A stretch of 64,000 bases of DNA from the human T2T-CHM13v2.0 reference genome, Homo sapiens: assembly GCF_009914755.1 (NCBI RefSeq), contig NC_060934.1; one strand, given 5' to 3'. A model generated the notes under the pieces. The model was not told where the DNA came from. It made no database searches and saw nothing but the letters and a program-made list of their open reading frames with translations. Shown piece by piece: positions 28,494-40,746 of the stretch. A program made the position numbers and the translations under genes. The stretch's first letter is position 1. Each line of letters begins with the position of its first letter.

Positions 28494-31400
28494 GGGTTTG
28501 TGTGCATCCAAGTTAAACTATCAAGGTGGATAAGAGATATCCATTGGACAGGTCTGGATTGTCCTGAATTAAATTAGGACTTTCCCTCCTTCACCTCAGT
28601 TCTCAGCCACAAAATTCCCCAACTCTCAAGGGTGCTTGTGTCAGAAATATACCGAATAAAGTCATTAGTGACACCACAGAATCTTATCCAGGAACTCACC
28701 AGGAACGCTGCCAGCCAGCTGTTTCCTCCTAAATCTAAACCATTTTCACACTCATAATGGTAATTTTTTTAAAAGCCATTTGGGGAGAATATTTGCTGCA
28801 AGCTATGTGACCACCTTTGTTATTTTTTCCAAACAGAGAAGAAATCTATACGCACAGACACATGGCAGCCAAGCCTGAAAGCATAGAGGAGGCCTGCGAG
28901 GAACTGAAGTCTCTCCACTCCAATAGAACAAGGTCCTTTGCACTCTCACTTTCTCTCTTCCAAGCTGCCTCAACCTTCCCTTGGCAGGAAAATAAATCTT
29001 GTAGGACAAGTCTTACACTTGAGGACATTAGGTAAATAGCTTTAAGAAATTTTAAGAAAAAAGGGGCTGATTGTCATCCCACATCTCCTTTCCCCCAACA
29101 CGCATGTGCCCCTATCATACCTGATACCCGGAAAGTAAACGCTTAGGGCTGCAAGGAGAGGAGGAAGCAGGAAGGCCCCCAAGATAGGAGCACCCCGTAT
29201 CCTCTGAACCTACCAAAGGCATTTTCCAACACAATCCTTGGATCACTTTTGCTCTGAGATGATTCCCAACTCTATTGCTAGGCAAAGGGAGGTAACTAAG
29301 TGCCCCAAAGCCACCAACACTCTCCTGGGGCTTCCTGCTTAGCACAAGAGGCTTTCACTCCCATACTGCCATGACCTGCACCAGGGGTGAGAATGTAGCC
29401 AAGAAACGAGGCTGACACTGACCTGAGCCCACACTCTCGCCCTGATTGGTGAGCCCCTGTTCTCACACAGGGAATGTGGGCTGCTGGTTTGCTCTTACGC
29501 TCAACAATAAACATGCTCGTGGCTCCCTGCATACCTGAGAGCACTCAGTGATCCACACTCTTACCTCCGGGTCAGAAAAGCAAAAATCCACATGCTAAGG
29601 GCTTCATTCATGAAGTAGAATCCCCGAAGCCTCTTTCATCGTGAGTAGAGACCTGGAGGCTGGGGACAGGGAGGGAAGTTGGGGGTGGAATGGGAGAGTG
29701 AGTCAGGCTTTGTAAGGATCTGATCTCAAAAGCAACAGCCTGAATTCTCCCTCCGAGAACAAAACAGCCTTTCCACTCTCAAGGGAACCAGTGCGTGGTG
29801 AGTTGGGAGCGACACCTGGATCCCGTAACTCTTGGAGATTTGCTGCCAGCCAGAGCTGTTTACAATTACATACACCAAAGCAGCCTCAGAAGGGCGGGAG
29901 ATGGGCGCTTGCCCGCTGAGAAGCAAGGAGGTCAATGGGAAAAAATTATTTTAGTCAACGTTGAGCCTTCATGCTTGGAACTTTTATCCAAACAATGGAC
30001 ACATTCTCATGCTCCCCCTGGGAGGACACCAGTCCCTCCTCTGATACTCAGTTCCAGGAGACTTGGGATGGCGGTGGGAGGAGCCCCTCACAGTGCAGGA
30101 ATTTTGATTCTACCCCTTGGTGGTCAGCGAGTCACAGCACTGTTTAAGGACCCACAGAAAGAGAGTACGTGTGCCCTTTCCTGGGACCCTAATCACCGTG
30201 ACACTAACCTGCACTGTGCCGGGGGGACGACCGGCAAAGCCCCAGGGTTAGCAAATAGCTCTGGACCTGAGGATTGTGGAAGATGTCATTTCTTGCAGCA
30301 GGCCATGAGAAGTGACACCCTTTAGGGCTTGAGGAAGCAGCAGGGGCCACAGTGAACAAATTCCATTGAGGCCTGCACTTCTAGGAGGGAGTAAGATACT
30401 GAGAATAAGCCCCAGTTTCCCCACCCTGACTCTGAGGTCACCAGCCCCTCCTGGGAGAAGCCTGAAATTCAAGCCACGGCTATTTGAAATGAGAGCCTGA
30501 GACCACCAGAGGCCTGGGGACCAGGAGAGAGTGGGAGGGTCTGACTCTATCCTCTGTGTCTTTCTGGCCTCAGGTTCTCAGTGGGAATCCCTTCTTTGGA
30601 CTCAAGATCCAGGAGACCTGGAGACCTGAATGGAAGTGGTAGAAAGAAACAGAGTGAAAAAGTGGGAGAAAGTCAAGAGGGGAACAAAAGAAGAGAGGGG
30701 AAGAGGAGAGGGAGGGAGAGAGGGAGGGAGGAAGCAAGAGATGCAGGTGCAGGAGCCAGCGTGAGCCTGTGCGTCCAAGAGGCGTCCTGAAGCACCCACA
30801 ACTCACACTTGTGTGTGTGGTTTTGAGATCCACCCTTCCTGCTTTGCCCCAGGCTACTTTCAGAACATCTGGGATATTACCGACTTGAACCAGAGACAAG
30901 CTTCCACCGACTCCTGGGAGACATGAGTCTCACCCAGCTCAAGTACCTGCCCCTGCTCTCTCAGGAGATTTCCAGGGGCTCCAGACATCTGGAACCGTCA
31001 CAGCACAACTGTGTCACAGCCATACAGAAACCGTGCTTGACCACCATGCACGCCACGATCCCCAGCCACAATTCCGGTAACATCAACGGTAGGGACCCCA
31101 TCTCTAAAACATGCCAAAGACATGTGATCCAACTCTGCCATGTCAGTCAAGGACCAGCTGCCCTGCACTAGGCAGTCAAGCAGTAGGTGCCACTTCACCA
31201 TCCTTTATTCTCCCTAAGTGTGCAGGAAACTGCCAAGCAGAAGCCACAGAGGGCTTCTGTTAACTGTAGTACCTAATGTTGGTGTTCATCTTTATTCAAA
31301 GAATGTGCTAGAATTGGGTGCCGCAAAAGTCCTGACAATGCAAAGGGCGGTAGGGTGTTGACCATTGTGAGCTGATAAGGAGTCTAGGATAGTAACAGAA

Positions 31401-33169
31401 TATTTGCCTCCAAGGAGACCCAAGACCATGAAGATGGCCCAAGCAAACTTGCCACCCAGTAGGTCCCAGCTCTGATACCGGGGACACGAAGCACCCTAGA
31501 AGAGTTCCTTCCAAAAGGACCACATTTGAATTTTAGTAAATCAGTTCAATATGTTCTAGGACTGTGGGTATTAAATAAAAGAAGTCAGTGAAACCTCCAA
31601 ACAATAAGCTCATTCAACAATCTTTTTTTTCTCCCCCCATCTGGGGACTTGAATACAGTGAACATGAATAAATCCTGTTGTATAAAAACTGGGGGAGAAA
31701 AAAACGGGGGGTGGAGGATGGAAGGAAATGGCAGGATTCCCACTTGTTGGGCTAACAAGAAGGCTAAGACAGTCCCCTAAACCCAAACAGATGCCAGTGT
31801 GCCCAGGCAGCCCAGGGGAGATTGTGGCAGAGGTGTGCAGCCCAGGGAAGGAAACATCTGGAATCCCCCACTCATAAGCTCCCAGCTTCTCCCTTGCACT
31901 CAAACCAGACGCGGGCCTTGGGGCTGCCCCAAACCCGACCCTTCTTAGGTAGACCAGCCACAAGCCAGGCCTGACCCTGCATCAGGGAAATTTCACTTCA
32001 AATATGCACAAAAACACTGCCTGCCTCTCTAACATCAATGCTTTCCCCCAACAAAACTAAGACAATTAGAACTAAGGATTGCACTGGCTATGAGTCTGTA
32101 ATTCTTCCAGAAAACCCTGGAACAGGTGGAAGAGACCTGCCTTTGTGGGTGACTAGTGGCTTGGATGTGTCTGTGATTTTAAAAAGTTGCATGTGGGAAA
32201 TTCTCCTGTATAATTCATGGTTGAACATGACCTCAGCCCATGTAGTCCTCACGGATGGAAGTTCCACAGCCTTCCAACAGGCTGTGCTTAATAGAGATGC
32301 AGACACAGACCCAGCTTCCCAGGGTACAGAGCCAGACAAAATTCACCTGAAGAACAGGCAAATTCAACATGGGCTTTGATTAAAAAACAAATAAATAAAT
32401 AAAAAGGAAAACACCAAGATCTTAAGAGTCCATTCAGATCACCCAGAGTGATACTTCTTCCTTCTTGGGGACTTCCACATCCTGTCCGCTGGCCTGGTGC
32501 AGTGACGACTGGTAATTCTGCCCTTGCATCAGAAGGCTTCTCCTTGTCTAGAAATAAGAGGACTGATTCTTTACATCAAATGCGACTGGGTGTGTTATTT
32601 CGATAAATCATGGGTTCTTCCCCTCAAAATCAATCCTAGCTAGCATAGACAAGCAGGACTGCCAAAAACAAAAAGTCAACCAGGAAATAATTATCCTGCA
32701 GACTTGATTACTCAATTCTAATACAATAACTTTATTGGTAGAAAAAAAAGACTTGCAGACAGGCTGCCAAAGCCAGTACATTAGATCCATGTGTGGGTAG
32801 CAGCAGAGTTCCCAGGGTGGGAACCTGAGTCTAATGCTCTTATATTCCATGGTCCTCCTGGGCTTGTTGGCTGCCTGGCCTTTAGGGGAGCTGCTTTTGC
32901 CTTTTCTCTAAACAGAGGGAGAGCTTCCACTATCACACTGATTGTGCCTAATGAAAAAGTCTCTGGCATTTAGGATGTCATCAGGCATGAGCCCTTGGCC
33001 TTTTTGTTTTGTACCAAATTTCTCACCCTTTTCTGCTGCATACACCTCCAGAACCATTGCAGACACACCCACACCAAGACTCAGTTGCTAATTACAACCC
33101 ATGATACCCAACCTTGACCTTGACCCTTCATCTTATACCACAGCATCACAACTGCTAGAGTGTTTTTAA

Positions 33170-33490
33170 AAGTCAGCTTTATTGAGGTTAATTTACACAC
33201 AGAAAAAAAAAAGCCCTTTTAACTACACAGTTCTGAATTGTGACAAGTATGTATGGCTGTGTAACCACTACCAAAATGAAGATACTGAACATCTCTATCA
33301 TTCCAAAAATTTCCCTCACGCCCTTTGTGGCTCACGCCTTCCCCCAGTCCCAGTCCTGGCAACTACTGATCTGTTTCCCTATAGTTTTGCCTTTTCCAGA
33401 AAGTCATATAAATAGAATCATTCAGTGTGCAAGCTTTTGAATCTTGAATAGCAGTATGCTTCTTTCACTTAGCATACTGGTGTGTATCAC
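33170..33490 (-). mobile_element. Old L1 (L1MC/ME) 3' fragment
   Basis: cagctttattgagg...gtgtaaccactacca...gcaactactgatctg. Confidence 0.65.
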
Positions 33491-33637
33491 TAGTGGTAAG
33501 TTACGATCTGCCAGTTTTTAAGCCTTGGACTTTCACTTTCTTGTCAAAGAGACAAAATAATTGGTTCCAGCTCATCTTTGCTACGGAGAAATCAAACTCT
33601 TGATTCAGAAACTTTTACTAAAGCTTAGGTCCGGTAA

Positions 33638-33750
33638 TAGGGCAACTCACCATCTCAGTTTGCCCAGGACTAAGGGGATTCCTGGGACACCAGACTTTCA
33701 GTGGTAAAACCAGGAAAGTCCCAAGCAAGCCCGGAAGGCTGGTCATTCAA
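33638..33750. mobile_element. MER81-like hAT-Blackjack MITE
   Basis: gtttgcccaggactaaggggattcctgggac..gactttcagtggtaaaaccaggaaagtccc matches the recalled MER81 consensus. Confidence 0.7.
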
Positions 33751-34649
33751 TTTGGGAAAGCTACCTCCAAGGGTAGGACTGTACATTCACCCAGCTTGGA
33801 TTCTTCCTGGTACACAGTGGTTGCTGTCTCTGAGCTAACAGCTGGCTAGCCTCTCTTGCTTTAATCTCCAGCAGAAGGCTGATTTGCAGTGTGCTGGGGC
33901 TGAGCTTCCGTACAAGCTCACCACAGTCCACCAGGACTGTATCTGCCTTTGAAGTCCTGGGAGGAGCTCCAGGAAGTGAGAAGAGAACTCAGGGGCCTGC
34001 TTAGAAAACAGCAGAACAGGATTTCTACTGGCATGGGTGCCTCTCCCCACTCCTCCCTAATACCAGACTCCCCTGAGAGATGTGAGATCCGTGTTCCCTG
34101 GCCTCACTGTGTTTTTGCATCAGTCCAATGCAACGCGTCCAGGGGGAGGCAGGCTCCTCCTGTTTTTCTACACATTCTCCCTTCTCCCCGCTCAATGCAG
34201 TTTGTGGTTAGTTTGTTTTTTGAAACTAACTGGGGAGAATATGAGAGTCGAGTGATAGAAAATTAGGAAAGGGCTCAAAGCTACTATTTGAATTTAAGGG
34301 TCTCTCCTATGTGGACTTAATGAGACATCAGAGAAAAGTCAGGCAGGGCTAGGATGTAGCTCTACACATAACAAATGAGCAGTTCGTCACCTATCTCTTT
34401 CTCCACTGACATGAAGAATACACAGATGCTATCTCTGAGAAGCTAGGATGCCTAGAGGCTGAGAAGCCCCAACTTATATCTCCCAACAGCATTGAAAAGC
34501 ACACAGTGGGCAGAGCCCAGTGAACTGTGAAAAGGCAGGAACTGGTGGGATCAGAACCACATGCCAGAGGTTTCAGGGTATCTGCTCCCCTGCGTTAATT
34601 TAACATTCTCTTTCTCAAAGTCTTTACCAATAGCTCTTACAAGTTATTC

Positions 34650-34800
34650 CACCAAGTGGCCTGCAAGGTAGATTAGTAATCATTATTCTCACTCATACAG
34701 ATGAGGAAACAAGGCTGAGAAAGATTAATTGACTTGCCCAAGGTCGCATAGCGAGTTAGTGGCAAAAGCCAGATTAGAATCCCGAGCCCCTGAGTGCCCA
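34650..34800 (-). mobile_element. MIR fragment (one of many, e.g. about 16.4k, 23.7k, 36.05k, 41.7-42.2k, 45.1k, 46.1k, 52.6k)
   Basis: MIR core acagatgaggaaacaaggctgag...acttgcccaaggtcgcatagc. Confidence 0.7.
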
Positions 34801-34929
34801 GGCCGGTGCCCAGCTCCTTGATCTCCCTCAACCATCCACCCAGAGCATGGGCAGAGCCAGGTCTGCACCCTCGGGAGCCCTGGAGGCCAGGTGAGCTGCT
34901 GCAGAGGGCACAGACAGGCTCATACTCAC

Positions 34930-34983
34930 ACGCAGAAACCTGCCGGATCCTTCTCTGTACCACCAGACAGCAACACCCCTGTG
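34930..34983 (-). CDS. AFAP1L2: AFAP1L2 54-nt in-frame cassette exon (adds AQGCCCLVVQRRIRQVSA)
   Basis: Minus strand ttatttctgtctattccag|54 nt|GTGAGT. Phase 1-1, matching exon 1, with no stop. Agrees with my recollection of the mouse protein N-terminus MERYKAQGCCCLVVQRR. Confidence 0.8.
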
Positions 34984-36794
34984 CTGGAATAGACAGAAAT
35001 AAGGCTCAAGTCGGGAAAGCCAAGGGTGGCCACTGTGGGCTTTCATCTCCATTTCTGGAATCTGCCTTTGAGATTTTGCTTCATTTCTTTTTGTGAACCA
35101 GGTCTGTTCTCCAGAGCTAGAGCACGGGAGAATATGTGATCTCTTTGCCTGGAATTTGTTCATTTCCCCACTCCCCAATCATGTCCCAGATACCCACTAT
35201 GCAGCTGGCAGTGTGCCAGGGGCTGGAGAGGGACATAAGGAAAGACAAAGTCCCTGTCTTGAAGGAGTTCAGCCTGGCAGGGAAACAAACATAGACATGT
35301 ACAATTATTAGACAAATGTGACACTAATTCCACAAATATTTGTTGCCCACCTGCGATGTGCTAGGCATTAATGAGGCTATCCCAAGAGTAATGAGGGTAC
35401 ACAGTGGGAGTCAGGGGAGGCTTCCTGGATGAAGAGACATGTGGGCTAGGTCCTGAAGATTGAGGAGAGTTTAACTGAGCAGGTAGTCCCTCCCTGGCTG
35501 AAGGGACACCGATAAGGAATGAATTTGAAATTGCTTTGAGCACTTCTTTCCTAAATAAATCCTTGAAAAGGAATTCTACCCTTTTAGAGACTCAGTTCTC
35601 AGGGATATTATATCCTATTTCTGACTGTCTGGACTGTTGCTTAATCTCTGTAGGCCTCAGTTGGCCTGTCTCTCAAATGGGAGTGAATAATGGTCCGTGT
35701 TGCAGAGGGTGGCTCTGGGCTCGATGAACAATCTTTGGAGACACGGTCACACAAAAGTCCTTGAGAAATGAATTCCTCACATGGCCTACGGCATTCTCTT
35801 TCCCACTAAGTCTGCTACTCTCCAGCTCTCAACAGGAAATTGGTTTTATTTATAAGAATCACAATCCTAAACTGACCTTTGCTGGGCTACCCACCCACAT
35901 TCCCTCCCTCATTTCCCTCTCCTCCCCAAGACACATCCTCTCTCCAAAGATTCCTCAGTGACCACAGAACAACTAGCATCGAAGAACCATTGGAAAGTCA
36001 GATAGAGGAACACTGCGAACACTGGAGGTTGTTTTCCAGATGGGGAAACTGAGGCCTGGAGAGCTCAGCAGTTTGCCCAAGGAAATGAAGCCTGTGGGTC
36101 TCCAGGTTCCTGAGCCACTACTTTCTTCATTGCACCATGACTGCCTTCATGTCTCAGCCAGGGCTCTGGACAGAAAAAGCCATCCTCCCTTGGCTTGAGG
36201 AAAGTCTCCCTTCTCTGAATGACAGAAGCCTTTAAAGAAACATTTCCCGTTATGAAAGGGAATTGGAAGAAAACTGGCACAGCTTCCTCAGCTTTGAAGC
36301 TCCTTGGCCTTTCCTGGCCCTTTAATTGTGCTGGAAGCAGCCCAGCTCCCAGGGCTCCTACCCCTTCAGAAGAGAGGAAGGGCCCAAAGCAGAATTCCCC
36401 CACTCTGCTTGGCCTTTCAGCACCAAAAGTGACCTCTCAGTATTTCTGTTTCAGACCATTTCATTGCCACATCATCCAGGGCTCCCACGCAACTTCAAAG
36501 TCAGGGAGCTCAGGGTCAAGTACAAGGAGCAAACCCTGAGCTTAGGATTTTAAGCACCACATTTGAGATCGTTTTTAAGCAACGTTCCCATAGCCTTTTA
36601 AAGCCTCTAATAGCTGAAGGTGATTACAGTAGATTTCTGCAGGTATTACAAGATTTGGTTAAGGCACATCGTGTGAGTATCGGGGGGGCATCCCTTTCAC
36701 CCCACACTTGCTTTTACTTTTCCAGGTGAGGAAAGTGTATATAAAATTACTGATCTTTTTTGCTCTTTTGACATTTCATGTTTTTTGGAGGAAA

Positions 36795-36968
36795 TTTGGT
36801 TCCCAACTTTGGCTGCATATTGGAATCACCTGAAGACCTTTAAAAAATACAATGCCCAAGCTGTACCCTAGACCAATTAAATCAGAATGTCTTGGGTGGG
36901 GCCTTTACATCCATATTTTTGAAAGCTCCACAGATGATTCCATGCACAGCAAAGGTTTAGAACTACTG
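36795..36968. mobile_element. MER5-family hAT DNA transposon
   Basis: ggttcccaactttggctgcatattggaatcacctg...agaccaattaaatcagaat...gaactactg. Confidence 0.75.
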
Positions 36969-39900
36969 CCTTAGATAGAACTTCAACACAAAAAAACCTG
37001 AGTTCGTAGGCATTGAAAAATAACAAATACAGATGATTCCTGAAGGTAGCATGCCCATCTCTTTTAATTTGCTTTTCTTTTCCAGACCTTCCCTGACCAC
37101 AGATCTCAGGATTCCCATATAAACTTTGAAGTAGTATTTTACTGGATTGACTCTTTGCAGTTCATATCTGCCTCCAATGCCCTAGAGCTAAGCGGGGGGA
37201 CTGGATGATCAAATTCAGAAACAAAAGAACCGCAGAAAAAGAATAATAACACTTTCAACCAATTACTGTGATCTAAATTGAAGCTGAATATCTCAACCAG
37301 GCCCATCTGTATCCAAGTATGATGCAATTTCAGGAAGCTTCGGCATGGATGTTCCAAGCACAATCCACAGATAGTAGGTCAGTCACATTTGGCCCAGACC
37401 CACTCACCAGCTGGGAGAGCAGTCAGAACCAGAATGCGTGACCACACTGGGTGAGTTCAGCCAATGGGCTCATGCACAGCGATAAAAGGATGCTCTTATG
37501 AGAGTCATAAATATGTAAACACATAAGGATGGGAACCTTCTCAAAGCACCCTGTAGGATTTGGCCCCACATCCTGACATTTGCGAGAGCCTTACTGCTTA
37601 TACAACGCCAAAGAGATTCACATACAAGACATAGCCATTTTACCATCGCTATTTATGGCAACTCTCATAAAAGTGCCATCTCTCTAGGAAGGGACTCCCA
37701 CATACTCCCCGATCCCTTATTTTTGCTTGGGTGAGTCATGGCTATCTAGCAGAAATCTTGGAAGGGACTGGGAAGAAAGTCTGGAAGTGTCTCTGCAACA
37801 GGCATGTCACATGGGTGATATTCCAACCACCCATCATCTCCAGACCTCACTTTACATCCTACAAGACAATGGAAAATCCACTCAGAGCCCAAAAATGATA
37901 GGCTATTTTTGGAGGATGTACAATATATATAACAAGCAGGCTAAGGAACATGGAAAGACAATTTCTCCTACATGAACTGCTTTATAAGATTTGCAAATTA
38001 GAGAAAACATTTTGAGACTCTGAAGACAGCCATGAGGCATTTCCACCTACCTGAGAGAGGGAGAGCTCAAAATTGGAAGTACAGAAACAGAATGAAGAGG
38101 CATTTAAATAACACATTTAAAAAGTGTCACACACAATAAGAATTTTTCTTTACAGTTTTTACTTAGGCTCCAGGAGCCCAACTAAATAAACCTGCTTTTT
38201 CCGTTTAACTTTGTTGTTTAAACCACTATTCCTAGTTATTCCAATAACTATTCAATCTCAACTTTAAGAAGATGGCCCCAGTCTCTGAAAAGCAAGAAGA
38301 GACTACCGATTCTAGTCAGTCACACTGGTTAATCAGAGATGGGCTTCATTTTGCATTTTGCATAGAGGAACTTTTCCATTTAAAGGGTGTTCAAAGCACA
38401 ACTTATCTGCCTCTCAGGAGAATGGGGAATTCTATATCCTGGGGCTAGGGGATCCCCAAATTCCTCAGTGAAAGGTGTAGTAAACCTATTAGCAGCATGA
38501 CACCAGCGAGACAAAATAAAGATTTTTCTCATGAGTCAAACACTGGAATTTGAGTTGGATTAGCCTCTGAAACCTAGATAATTCTCAGGTTTACCCACTT
38601 ATCACTCTGTGTCTGGTTTACTGCAAAATGATCAGGCAGATACATGTGTTACCAAAAACATAAGCACCCTGACCTGGAAACGAAGTTCCCTTCAGTTGGC
38701 AAAAACTGATCCTCTTCGAGGGTGGGAGGATTTTAAGCTCCTGAGAGAGAAAGATAACTAAGAAGACTTTTATCAGGTCAAGGGCCAAGTCAAAAGTTAT
38801 TAATACAAAAGCCTTCTGAGAATAACGGGACATTTTGAAAGACCCCAAATGTGATTTGCCCTGATTTAGAGAGATTAATATGCTGATTTGAGAAAGTAGC
38901 TTGCAACCTACAACTAACACCACCCCCACCCCCATACACACACCCCAGCTTTGCAAGTCAGGGAGCTGGAAGGCACCCCAGAGGCCAACACTTCCTGTCA
39001 GGCTCAACTCAAGGCCTGAATTCCCAGAGAGGGTCCCTCCCGAAGGGCGGAGGGGCCCCAGTAGGGGAGGGAGTGCAAACGGCCATGTTACAAGGAGCAG
39101 GACTGTGGCTTCCTCAAGTGTCTGAGACAGCATAAGCGCGCATTCAGTCATTCAAGCACAAAACTGACGTGATCCCAGTAGAATTTGAGAAGAAGAAAAC
39201 CACCGGGTTAGAAATGCGAGAGAAGCTCCAGGGAGGGTTCACAGAAAGAAATCAAAGGTGGCCAACTCCTTTAACCCTGTCCCCCACGCCGGCTCCCTGC
39301 TGTCGGCAAAGACCCTTCCTGAATATATGAAGCTCTGTCTGGGACTTGGATCTTTTGCCTTCACCAGTAACCAGGCTACCCAGATGAGAAAAAGCAATGG
39401 GAAAGTGAAAGACAAGACTACTTTAGGGAAGCCGGTCCCAACAGGTCCCTTTATGTCAGTTTCAGGGATCAGAGCCCTCCGGGAGTGAGATTCCTGGGAA
39501 TCTGAGCGTTCTCTTTTTATTACTCTCTCCCAGGGGAAAACAAATATAGAAGCAGCATTTCCTCCCGCAGGTTTGGCGGAGACCGGTCCAGCAAAAGAGA
39601 AGGCAAGAGGCTTTTCCAAAGGGAAGGGGTCTGCAGGAGGATGGGGGAGGGGGGAGCGCCCGCAGGGTTCCTCTTAAGGGGCAACTCCCTGTACTCCCTT
39701 TTCAAAAGAACCGCAATCGAGACTTGTAGACCAGCTCCGAGGCTCCGAGTGTGGGTGCTAAGCTGGGCGTCCGGCGCACCCGGGACGGCCCGCCCACCAG
39801 GGTTTGGCGGAGATCCTGGCCCCCGCCAAACCCAAAGCTCGCCCAGCTGCGCACTGAGCTAAGCCCTCGGGTCCGGACGCCTCCAGGAGCTCCACCTGCC

Positions 39901-40518
39901 GGGCACTCCATTCGGCCCCCGACCCTCGCATCCCTCCTTTCTTGGTGTGGGGGAGCAAAGAAGGGCTTGGAGAGAAACGATGACCCGAACGGCAGGACGT
40001 TTGGGGAGGCCCCACCTAGCCCGGGGAGGGTCTGCGCGCCCACTCCACTGCCCAAGCGCTTTGCCGGGAGCAGGAAGCCCCTAGCCCGGCGGGCGCCCGG
40101 GAGAAAGGACTCAACAGCCCGACCCTTTGCCCCCAGCAGCTCAGCACGGTTCCCACCTTCTTCGGGGCTTCCTCGGCCCCAGGCATCTTTCCTGTGCGGC
40201 GGGACTGAGGGTGGAGTGGGGTGCCGGGCTCACCCTCTCTCCTGCAACAGGTGAGAAGCCCCGCCACGCCCCCCACTGACGACCCCCTCCTTCCGCGCCC
40301 GGGAGGATCAAAGGGCTCGGGCCGCAGCAGCCACCTAGGAGCCCACCCGCCCAGTCCGCGGCGCCGCTGTCGCCCCCTCTTAGGCCCAGGTCCGGGCTGG
40401 GTGGGGGCAGTGGGCTCTGCTTATCCCGAGTCCTGGCAAGACGAGTCCTAGCCCTGCCCTCCGCGTCGCTGGGCGAAAGGGAGTGGGTGTGCGCCGCGCG
40501 AGGAACCCGCGCCCTCAC

Positions 40519-40534
40519 CTTTGTACCGCTCCAT
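40519..40534 (-). CDS. AFAP1L2: AFAP1L2 (XB130, actin filament-associated protein 1-like 2) first coding exon, MERYK + 1 nt
   Basis: Minus strand gccccg ATG GAG CGG TAC AAA G|GTGAGG in a CpG island; matches the recalled AFAP1L2 N-terminus MERYKALEQLL. Confidence 0.9.
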
Positions 40535-40709
40535 CGGGGCCACGGAGTGCGCTCCTCGCGGCTCGGCTTCTGCGCTGCTCTCCCGGCGCTCGGCTCAGCG
40601 CCCAGGCCGCCGCGCTGGCCCCTCCCCGTGAGGTCACGCTCGCGGCCGGACCTCCTGGCGGGGCCGCCGCGCCCAGGGTCCTCGGACCTGGCCCCCGCCA
40701 GGGCTCGCC

Positions 40710-40746
40710 CCCAGCGCCCCTGTCCCAGCGCCCCTGTCCCAGCGCC
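40710..40746. repeat. 14-bp tandem repeat (cccagcgcccctgt x2.6)
   Basis: Perfect copies start at 40710 and 40724, with a partial copy at 40738. Confidence 0.97.

Noticed and set aside
40229-40256. Plus-strand ctctctcctgcaacag|gtgaga splice-like site (possible antisense transcript)
   Set aside because: Ambiguous as acceptor or donor, and no partner site could be supported.
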